A stretch of 16,229 nucleotides of DNA. Origin: Candidatus Wolframiiraptor gerlachensis. Lineage in GTDB: Archaea > Thermoproteota > Nitrososphaeria_A > Caldarchaeales > Wolframiiraptoraceae. This document shows, piece by piece, positions 10,103 through 16,229 of the stretch. The notes under the pieces are model-generated. The model saw only the letters and a list, made by a program, of their open reading frames with translations. It was not told the origin of the DNA and ran no database searches. The position numbers and the translations under genes are program-made. Where the stretch lies: assembly GCA_021323375.2 (NCBI GenBank), contig JAJPCT020000013.1, forward strand, positions 1-16,229, read 5' to 3'. How positions within the stretch are numbered: the stretch's first letter is position 1; each line of letters opens with the position of its first letter.

Positions 10103-10740
10103 ACAAGCCTCTCAACCCTTGAGAGATAGTCTAGGACTTGGGAGTCGCTTAGCTGGGTGAAGTCGTGGTAGAACTGGCCTATCGCGAAGAATGGGCTTGG
10201 TGTCTCGACGCATCTCACGTCATCAGCCTCCCTCGACAGTTTTGGGATCGTCTCGGGCGGGGCCACGGGAACGGCTATGACAAGCATCTTCGGCCCAAGC
10301 TTTCTGAGAAACCTCGCGGTCGCTATCATCGTCGCGCCAGTCGCCACGCCATCATCCACGAGAATCACGGTATATCCATCGAGCCTCGGGAGGGGTTTGC
10401 CGCCCCGATAGACCTCGATCCTCCTCCTCACCTCGCGAAGCTCTCTCTCGCCCTCCTCCCTTATCCAGTCCATGCCGACGCCCACGAGCCTCGCAACCTC
10501 CTCATCCACATATATCGTCCCATCCTCGGCGATCGCGCCCACAGCAAGCTCCGGATCCATCGGCGCCCCAATCTTCCTCGGCACCGTAACCTCCAGCGGC
10601 GCGCCGAGCCTAGTCGCCAAGACGTATCCAACCTCAACTCCACCCCTTGGAATAGCTATGATGGCGAGCTTTTCGCCGCGATAATCTGATAAGAGCTCAG
10701 CCAGCCTCTCACCAGCATCAAGCCTACCCCTGAAGATCAT
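10099..10740 (-). CDS. putative phosphoribosyltransferase (type I PRT fold, COG1926-like)
   Basis: 213 aa. FRGRLDAGERLA N-terminus, IPRGGVEVG, and PRPP-binding loop TVILVDDGVATGATM. Confidence 0.8.
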   Translation of the reverse strand: MIFRGRLDAGERLAELLSDYRGEKLAIIAIPRGGVEVGYVLATRLGAPLEVTVPRKIGAPMDPELAVGAIAEDGTIYVDEEVARLVGVGMDWIREEGERELREVRRRIEVYRGGKPLPRLDGYTVILVDDGVATGATMIATARFLRKLGPKMLVIAVPVAPPETIPKLSREADDVRCVETPSPFFAIGQFYHDFTQLSDSQVLDYLSRVERLV

Positions 10741-10799
10741 CTCTTAACATTAGAGAATTTTGTGAAGACTGTTTATCAAGTTTCCTTGCATCCCCAGCA

Positions 10800-10810
10800 A
10801 TACTTATTAA
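10800..10810 (+). promoter_or_regulatory. TATA-like box for rpoP
   Basis: ATACTTATTAA is centred about 30 nt upstream of ATG 10835. Confidence 0.45.
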
Positions 10811-10834
10811 CCGCGAGCCGCCTCGCCTCATGGA

Positions 10835-11044
10835 ATGTCATCCCAGCAGGAGTCTGATGCCAATATAATTTACCAGTGCGTCTGGTGTGGAAAGAAATTT
10901 GAAAAGAGAATGCTCTCGAAGATAGCTGAGACGAGATGCCCCTACTGTGGATTCAATGTGATAATGAAAGCGAGATCTCCGACGGCGAAGCTCATAGTAT
11001 CCTCGAAGCTGACTGAGGAGCAGAGGCTCCTGACGGAGGATTAG
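10835..11044 (+). CDS. rpoP: DNA-directed RNA polymerase subunit P (Rpo12/RpoP) with N- and C-terminal extensions
   Basis: Zinc-ribbon core [10 protein letters not shown]...[22 protein letters not shown] matches the RpoP pattern Y.C..CG....RCPYCG...K.R. About 10 extra residues at the N-terminus and about 14 at the C-terminus. Confidence 0.75.
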   Translation: MSSQQESDANIIYQCVWCGKKFEKRMLSKIAETRCPYCGFNVIMKARSPTAKLIVSSKLTEEQRLLTED

Positions 11045-11427
11045 CCCTTTATACCCCTAATCTCGTTAATCTTCTTTATCACTTCATCCATAAAGTCCTT
11101 CGCATCTCCCGGCTCGATTATCGAGACACTGCTAGCGCTCACTTGGAGGCCTGCCGCCTCGCCTAGCTCCCTCTTAGAGGCCACAAACGTGTAGGGTATC
11201 TTGCGCTCATCACATAATGTGGGCAGGAATGCGACTATCTCAGGTGGGTCAACGTCCATGGCTATTACGACGAACTTGGCCTGGCCGCGCTCGATAGACT
11301 TGATAACCTCATTAACACCTTTCCTAATCCTACCTGTCTCCCTAGCAAGCCTCACGACCTCAAGAGTCGCTTTCATAAGCTCCTCAGGGACCTCGAATGT
11401 CACATAGTTGGGCTTTGGATTAGGCAT
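11041..11427 (-). CDS. rpl7ae: 50S ribosomal protein L7Ae (K-turn binding protein)
   Basis: 128 aa with [59 protein letters not shown], the canonical L7Ae/L30e core. Confidence 0.95.
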   Translation of the reverse strand: MPNPKPNYVTFEVPEELMKATLEVVRLARETGRIRKGVNEVIKSIERGQAKFVVIAMDVDPPEIVAFLPTLCDERKIPYTFVASKRELGEAAGLQVSASSVSIIEPGDAKDFMDEVIKKINEIRGIKG

Positions 11428-11463
11428 ACGCCCTCATCTCCCAAGCGGCTAGGAACCAGCTAA

Positions 11464-11473
11464 GCTAAAAACC
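11464..11473 (-). promoter_or_regulatory. TATA-like box for rpl7ae
   Basis: The minus strand reads GGTTTTTAGC, centred about 41 nt upstream of ATG 11427. This implies a 5' UTR of about 14 nt containing GGGAGAUGAGGG. Confidence 0.4.
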
Positions 11474-11591
11474 TTCCGTAAACCACACCAGCCCAAGCAC
11501 CAGATAACATTTGAAGTGAGATTATCTGAGAAGATTATGTTCATCGGGAATAGTTCCTTGATTTTCGTTAGCTTCATGATGTTGGATCAAT

Positions 11592-11600
11592 CTTAAAAAG
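11592..11600 (+). promoter_or_regulatory. TATA-like box for gltX
   Basis: CTTAAAAAG is centred about 35 nt upstream of ATG 11631. It is too close to TTG 11607 for that codon to be the start. Confidence 0.45.
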
Positions 11601-11630
11601 GTTAGTTTGTCCAATGATTTTGGGGCATTC

Positions 11631-13349
11631 ATGGATCTGGATAGGATTGCATTAAAGTGGGCTTTGAAGAATGCTGTCGAGCATGATGGGAGGGCGATGA
11701 TTGGTCCGGTTATCGCGAAGATACTTGGTGAGAGGCCGGATCTTAAGAGCGATATCGCGAGTGTTAGAAGGGCTGCGGAGAAGGCTGTTGAGAGGGTGAA
11801 CTCGATGAGCCTTGAGGATCAGCGTACCATGCTTATGGAGATCGCGCCGGAGCTTCTTGAGGCTAAGAGGGTGGAGGAGAAGAGGCTTCCACCCCTGCCC
11901 GGGGCTGAACCCGGGAAGGTTGTTACGAGGCTCCCGCCAGAGCCGAGCGGCTACATGCATATAGGCCACGCGATGAGCGGTCTCCTAAATTACCTTTACG
12001 CCAAGATGTATGATGGACGGATATGGTTGAGATTCGAGGATACCGATCCGCGGAAGGTGAGGCTCGAGTATTATGAGAGCTTTAGGAGGGGATATAGGTG
12101 GCTCGGAATCGAGTGGGATCATGAGAAGAATAACAGCGACGACATGGAGCTATTCTACAGGTATGCGGAGGAGCTGATCAGGGCTGGAAAGGCATATGTC
12201 TGTACATGCCCTGTTGAGAAAATTAGAAGGCTTAGGGCGCAGGGGGAGGGGTGTGAGCATAGGTCTCTAGGTGTTGACGAGAACCTGAGTCTCTGGAATG
12301 AGATGCTCGCTGGTGGCTTCAGGGAGGGCGAGGCGATCCTGAGGCTTGTTGGGGACATGAAGCACACGAACACGACGATGAGGGATCCAGCATTATTCAG
12401 GATAATAGAGCATAAGCATCCGCTTACCGGTAGCAGATACAGGGTCTGGCCCCTTTACGACTTCGCGGTCTCAATAGAGGATTATCTCTGCGGAGTCACA
12501 CATGTCCTCAGGACAAGCGAGTTCGCCTTGAGGGATGAACTTCAGAACTATATTAGAAGCCTGCTAGGCTTGAATCGCCACCCGGTGTATATCGAATACT
12601 CGAGGTTCGAGTTTAAGGGGACGCCAGTTTCTAAGAGGAGGCTTAGGGCGATATTGGAGGCTGGTCTCGCGAAGAGCTGGGATGATCCGCGATTCCCTAC
12701 CATTGAGGGCGTTAGGAGGAGGGGGATACTCCCCGAGGCGATAAGAGAGTTCACGATAACCCAGACGGGCTTCTCTTACGCAAAGAGGGAGTACGACTGG
12801 TCCCTCCTCTTCGCGATAAATAGGAAGATCCTAGACCCGGTTGCGAGGAGGCTCTTCTTCACACCCAATCCCGTCAAGCTTCTTGTTGAGGGCGCTCCTG
12901 AGACCTCCATCGAGGCACCATACCACCCCTCGAATAAGGATCTCGGCTCAAGAATCCTGAGAGCTGGCGACAAGTTCTACATATCGGGAGCGGATGCTAA
13001 GAAGATGAAGCCTAGCGAGGTGTATAGGCTCAAGTATCTTCTGAACTTCAGGGTCTTGGATGTTCGCAGCGACCAAGTTCGTGGCGAGTTTCTGGGGATG
13101 GAGCCTATGAAGGATGTCCAGATAATCCAGTGGGTTCCAGCAGATGAGCATGTAGAGGTTGAGGTCCTAGTCCCAGACGTGCTCTACCTGAATGATGAGA
13201 TTAACCCGGAGAGCCTGAGGGTCGTGAGGGGTTTTGGCGAGATGGCAGTGGAGACTGTGAAGCTTGACGAGATAATCCAGTTCGAGAGATTCGGGTTCTG
13301 CCGGAGGGATTCCGATAACGAACTCAGGTTCATCTTCGCGCACGACTAG
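11631..13349 (+). CDS. gltX: glutamyl-tRNA synthetase (archaeal GlxRS type)
   Basis: HIGH motif (PPEPSGYMHIGHA), RFEDTDP, PVSKRRL (KMSKS-like) and a C-terminal QFERFGF. The ORF track starts at TTG 11607, only 7 nt past the TATA-like box. In-frame ATG 11631 (MDLDRIALKWALKNAVEHDGRA) fits both the family N-terminus and the promoter spacing. Confidence 0.9.
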   Translation: MDLDRIALKWALKNAVEHDGRAMIGPVIAKILGERPDLKSDIASVRRAAEKAVERVNSMSLEDQRTMLMEIAPELLEAKRVEEKRLPPLPGAEPGKVVTRLPPEPSGYMHIGHAMSGLLNYLYAKMYDGRIWLRFEDTDPRKVRLEYYESFRRGYRWLGIEWDHEKNNSDDMELFYRYAEELIRAGKAYVCTCPVEKIRRLRAQGEGCEHRSLGVDENLSLWNEMLAGGFREGEAILRLVGDMKHTNTTMRDPALFRIIEHKHPLTGSRYRVWPLYDFAVSIEDYLCGVTHVLRTSEFALRDELQNYIRSLLGLNRHPVYIEYSRFEFKGTPVSKRRLRAILEAGLAKSWDDPRFPTIEGVRRRGILPEAIREFTITQTGFSYAKREYDWSLLFAINRKILDPVARRLFFTPNPVKLLVEGAPETSIEAPYHPSNKDLGSRILRAGDKFYISGADAKKMKPSEVYRLKYLLNFRVLDVRSDQVRGEFLGMEPMKDVQIIQWVPADEHVEVEVLVPDVLYLNDEINPESLRVVRGFGEMAVETVKLDEIIQFERFGFCRRDSDNELRFIFAHD

Positions 13350-14418
13350 GTCTTCGAACCCTCTGGAGAACCCATTCGCGGAGCGGGCCTAAGAGAACAT
13401 ATTTACACTTTCTTAGGTCTCTTATAGTCTTCGAGCCTGTTAGGAGCATCGCGACTCTAAGCTCCTCGGCTACACGCATTATCACCTTCTCGACATGCTC
13501 CGGGCCTTTCAGGGCTGGCTTGAGCAGGGGCCGGGCCATGCCGATAAAGCATGCTCCTAAGGCAATCGCCTTAGCCGCTTGAAGACCATTCCTTATGCCG
13601 CCGGATGCTATCACCTCAAGCCCCCTAATTCCTGAGACCTCTAGTATCGAGGCCGCGGTCGGTATTCCCCACTCAGAGTATAGCTCCGCAGTTCGCGCCT
13701 TGATCATTTTTAAGCCTCTAACCCTCTCACCCTCGATCCTCGCCCAATTCGTCCCGCCAGCGCCGGCTACATCAATGGCCTTGACCCCGGCCCTTACAAG
13801 CTTCTCAGCAACCTCACGCGAGATCCCAAACCCAACTTCTTTCACGATCACCGGGACATCAAGCTTATCGCAGAGCATCTCGATTGCGCGCAGGATGCCC
13901 TTGAAGTTCCTAGACCCCTCAGGTTGAATAATCTCCTGGAGCACGTTGAGATGTATCGCGAGGGCATCAGCCTCAATAATCTCAACAGCCTTCTCAGCAT
14001 AGGATATGCCATGAGCAGCGATCTCCACGCCGCTGAGATTTCCGATTAGAAAGCAGCGTGGAGCAGCCTTCCTAGCAATACTATATGTCTCCGCAAGCGA
14101 GGGGTTCTCTATCCCAGCGCGCTGGCTCCCAACACCCATAGGTATATTGAGCTTCTCAGCCGCCTCCGCCAAGTTTTTATTGATCTCATAGGCCTCGCGA
14201 GCCCCGCCAGTCATCCCTTCAATCAAAATCGGGCACGAGAACTTCCTTCCGAGGAGGCTTGCCTCAAGGGAGATCTCATCCCAGCTCAGCTCGGGTAGGG
14301 CATCATGGATAAGCTCGACATGCTCGAGCCATGTTGTCTTCTCCGCGAACTCGACCTCATCGCCTAGGTCCAGGCACAGGCTGATATGATCCCTCTTCCT
14401 CTCCTCTATATTCCCCAT
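13330..14418 (-). CDS. fni: isopentenyl-diphosphate delta-isomerase, type 2 (FMN-dependent)
   Basis: RKRDHI, GMTGG, VGSQR, IVKEVGFG, VAGAGGTNWA, SGGIRNG. The ORF track starts at GTG 14433. ATG 14418 sits about 27 nt from the AT-rich box and matches the usual family N-terminus, so it is preferred. Confidence 0.9.
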   Translation of the reverse strand: MGNIEERKRDHISLCLDLGDEVEFAEKTTWLEHVELIHDALPELSWDEISLEASLLGRKFSCPILIEGMTGGAREAYEINKNLAEAAEKLNIPMGVGSQRAGIENPSLAETYSIARKAAPRCFLIGNLSGVEIAAHGISYAEKAVEIIEADALAIHLNVLQEIIQPEGSRNFKGILRAIEMLCDKLDVPVIVKEVGFGISREVAEKLVRAGVKAIDVAGAGGTNWARIEGERVRGLKMIKARTAELYSEWGIPTAASILEVSGIRGLEVIASGGIRNGLQAAKAIALGACFIGMARPLLKPALKGPEHVEKVIMRVAEELRVAMLLTGSKTIRDLRKCKYVLLGPLREWVLQRVRRPSRARR

Positions 14419-14435
14419 ATCCCTCCCAGCCACGT

Positions 14436-14456
14436 GAATTAAATAATATATAATTC
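14436..14456. promoter_or_regulatory. bidirectional AT-rich promoter core between fni and the Memo-like gene
   Basis: GAATTAAATAATATATAATTC has inverted GAATT/AATTC ends. TTAAATAA read on the minus strand sits about 27 nt from ATG 14418. ATATATAA sits about 30 nt from TTG 14483. Confidence 0.5.
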
Positions 14457-14482
14457 ATGCTGACGATACTAGTTGCCCGGCC

Positions 14483-15334
14483 TTGGCTAGGAGAAGGCCT
14501 GCAGTCTCGGGAATGTTCTATCCATCGGGACGAGAGAGCCTATTAAGGGAGATAGAGTCCTGCTTCCTTCACAGGCTTGGGCCGAGAAGTCTTCCGAGAA
14601 GGGTTAAAGGGGATAGGAGGCCGAGCGCCCTGATTTCGCCTCACGCAGGCTACATGTACTCGGGGCCTGTTGCGGCCCATGCATACGCAAGGCTTGATGG
14701 ATGTAATGTCGAGGTCGCTATAGTGCTCGGCCCAAACCATTATGGCGTTGGGACGCCTGTCTCCATCTTCCCCGAGGGGGCCTGGATTACGCCGCTCGGC
14801 GATATACCGATAGACACGGAGTTGGCCATGGAGCTCTCGAGGCTATCAGACGTGTTCTCGCTGGACGAGATATCGCATGAGCATGAGCACTCGATAGAGG
14901 TTCAACTGCCATTCCTCCAGTATGTAGTGGGGAGCTTCAGGCTCGTCCCAATATGTATGCTCGACCAGAGCATCGAGGCCGCGTTGAGGGTTGGCGAGGC
15001 GCTAGCCGAGATCCTCAAGCGGAGGGAAGATGTCGCCCTAATAGCCTCAAGCGATATGACGCATTATGAGCCCCATGAGCGCGCGAGCAGGAAGGATTCC
15101 ATAGCATTAGAGAGGATAAGCAGGCTGGATGTCGAGGGGCTCTATGAGGCCATATTCAAGCACGATATATCCATGTGCGGCTATGGGCCTGTGGCAGCAG
15201 TCCTCCATGCATGCAGAAAGGTTGGGGCTGAGCAGGCCGAGGTCCTGAAATATGCCACAAGCGGCGACGTGGCCGGCGATTATAGCTCGGTCGTCGGATA
15301 TGCAGCGGTCGAGATAAAACTCCCCAATACATAA
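14483..15334 (+). CDS. amrB: Memo-like protein / AmmeMemoRadiSam system protein B
   Basis: RRPAVSGMFYP, ISPHAGYMYSGPVAAHAY, HEHSIEVQLPFLQ, SSDMTHYE, CGYGP. The TTG 14483 start keeps the conserved R.P.V.G.FYP N-terminus and sits about 30 nt after the TATA-like box. Confidence 0.85.
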   Translation: MARRRPAVSGMFYPSGRESLLREIESCFLHRLGPRSLPRRVKGDRRPSALISPHAGYMYSGPVAAHAYARLDGCNVEVAIVLGPNHYGVGTPVSIFPEGAWITPLGDIPIDTELAMELSRLSDVFSLDEISHEHEHSIEVQLPFLQYVVGSFRLVPICMLDQSIEAALRVGEALAEILKRREDVALIASSDMTHYEPHERASRKDSIALERISRLDVEGLYEAIFKHDISMCGYGPVAAVLHACRKVGAEQAEVLKYATSGDVAGDYSSVVGYAAVEIKLPNT

Positions 15335-15402
15335 ATCATAAATTAACCTCGAGCCCTGAATGAACCTGACAAATCCTTCTCAATAATGACGCACAATACT
15401 GT

Positions 15403-15594
15403 TTAGGAAAAACCTTTTGTGTTCTTAAACTCTGCGTCCTTGAAGATTCCATATTTTCTGAAGGAGAGGAAATTGTATGCGAGCATTAGGAAAAGGGGGG
15501 TATGGGGAGTGGGGCTGGCCGGCGAGTCCTCGTAGCCATAAAGGCCAGCAGGAACCCAAGAAATACCATCCACGGATTCATAAAAATCCTCCAT
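15403..15594 (-). CDS. hypothetical 63-aa ORF (weak)
   Basis: ORF track only. It lies downstream of, and on the same strand as, the 132-aa ORF. Pro-rich middle, no recognised motif. An overlapping plus-strand ORF (15477-15668) is equally unsupported. Confidence 0.2.
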   Translation of the reverse strand: MEDFYESVDGISWVPAGLYGYEDSPASPTPHTPLFLMLAYNFLSFRKYGIFKDAEFKNTKGFS

Positions 15595-15636
15595 GGTGGA
15601 AGCTTTATCTAACCTTACCGGCCTTCATGGCTTTTA

Positions 15637-16035
15637 CTACTCGCCAGCCAACGCCTTCGCCGTCATGAGATACGCCACCCTTAATGTCTTCAAAATTATC
15701 AATTCTAGTCTAGGTATTGCCTGTCGAAGAGGTAGGCGATTAATGACCTCAGCAACCTCATCCGAAACACTCACACCTCTTCTAGCACGTGCATAAAGGT
15801 TTGCTGCAAGAGCCACAACATGCGCTCTTACTCTATGATGATATCGCCCTTCATTTCCACCCAGAATTAATCCCAACAATCCTTTCAATCCTGCTAGTGG
15901 TAGATAAAGTGGTAACTCTATCGTCAGTATAGCTAGTTCAGTGCTTCTCTTAACTCTGAGGCTCTTACAAGCTCTCCTATAAACCTTCCCGTAAATTGGG
16001 AGAGCTATTACCTGTCTAATATTCCAAGACCTCAT
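15637..16035 (-). CDS. hypothetical protein, 132 aa from ATG 16035 (ORF track begins at TTG 16062)
   Basis: ATG 16035 lies 1 nt after the stop of the upstream 56-aa ORF, which suggests translational coupling. One hydrophobic segment (LAILTIELPLYLPLAGLKGLLGLILGG) and an otherwise Arg-rich sequence that looks helical by eye. Lower GC than the core genes. No family recognised. Confidence 0.45.
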   Translation of the reverse strand: MRSWNIRQVIALPIYGKVYRRACKSLRVKRSTELAILTIELPLYLPLAGLKGLLGLILGGNEGRYHHRVRAHVVALAANLYARARRGVSVSDEVAEVINRLPLRQAIPRLELIILKTLRVAYLMTAKALAGE

Positions 16036-16036
16036 C

Positions 16037-16207
16037 CTAGATCTCCGGGAATAACGTGTCAATGAATACCTCGCCGGCGTCTTCCAGCTCTGTCAGCCTA
16101 TTCACCTTAAACGTCCTATCCCCGTCGAAGGCCACATGCGTCTTATTCTTCCTTCTCTTCTTCTTGTCGGCTGGAACCGCGACATCAACATAGTAGGTCC
16201 TAGCCAT
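16037..16207 (-). CDS. hypothetical 56-aa basic protein (MARTYYVDVAVPADKKKRRKNKTHVAFDGDRTFKVNRLTELEDAGEVFIDTLFPEI)
   Basis: My own translation of the minus strand; too short for the ORF track. Its ATG (16207-16205) overlaps the stop of an upstream ORF in an ATGGCTAG junction. Its TAG stop (16039-16037) is 1 nt from the next ATG. Confidence 0.4.
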   Translation of the reverse strand: MARTYYVDVAVPADKKKRRKNKTHVAFDGDRTFKVNRLTELEDAGEVFIDTLFPEI

Positions 16208-16229
16208 CCACATCACCCTCTTCCCACAT
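16200..16229 (-). CDS. 3' end of a minus-strand ORF that continues beyond the window (...WEEGDVDG*)
   Basis: Open to the window edge. The stop at 16202-16200 overlaps the next gene's ATG. Only 9 codons are visible. Confidence 0.25.
   Translation of the reverse strand: MWEEGDVDG

Noticed and set aside
15495-15518. G-run cluster GGGGGG-tat-GGGG-agt-GGGG-ct-GG as a possible G-quadruplex
   Set aside because: There are only three runs of three or more Gs. The fourth tract is GG, so a three-tetrad quadruplex cannot form. There is no supporting context.
15490-15560. GC-rich patch within the AT-rich 3' region, with hairpin GCTGGCC 15514-15520 / GGCCAGC 15543-15549; considered as a tRNA or structured ncRNA
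   Set aside because: No acceptor stem or T-arm (GGTTCRAATCC-like) geometry on either strand. The stem is only 7 bp with a 22-nt loop. The patch is equally explained by Pro/Ala codons of the weak minus-strand ORF.
15637-16035. HHRVRAH...RVAY in the 132-aa ORF resembles the H-x-x-R ... Y box II of tyrosine recombinases; considered as an integrase fragment
   Set aside because: The candidate box I (GLK) is only about 20 residues upstream instead of about 90-100. The H-to-Y spacing (about 56) is too long, and the conserved G..LGH pattern is absent. The resemblance is likely chance.

Overview
This is a compact archaeal chromosomal segment. Evidence for that: RpoP, L7Ae, RtcB, Cdc48, type-2 IPP isomerase and geranylgeranyl-reductase paralogs, TATA-like boxes about 27 nt upstream of many start codons, and AGG/AGA/ATA-rich codon use that suggests a thermophilic TACK-type lineage. 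Most of the window (3.8-15.3 kb) is intact housekeeping: GGR-family flavoprotein, acylphosphatase, Cdc48/VCP, DUF72, RtcB, a small 2-TM protein, a phosphoribosyltransferase, RpoP, L7Ae, GluRS, IDI-2 and a Memo-like protein. Convergent genes repeatedly share or overlap stop codons. I found no rRNA, tRNA, CRISPR array, transposase or recognisable defence system. Two regions depart from ordinary. (1) In the first 3 kb, three consecutive unrelated genes carry at least 12 single-base frame disruptions, mostly in mononucleotide runs: a DNA methyltransferase, an FAH-family hydrolase and a GGR paralog. I see none in the following 13 kb. This is either real localised gene decay or a local sequence-quality artefact. 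(2) The last 0.9 kb drops to about 38-43% GC by hand count, against about 55% in a core gene. It carries tightly coupled small minus-strand ORFs with no family I recognise, possibly the edge of an accessory or mobile island. I cannot support a claim of a new biological system from sequence alone. These two regions are the best leads.
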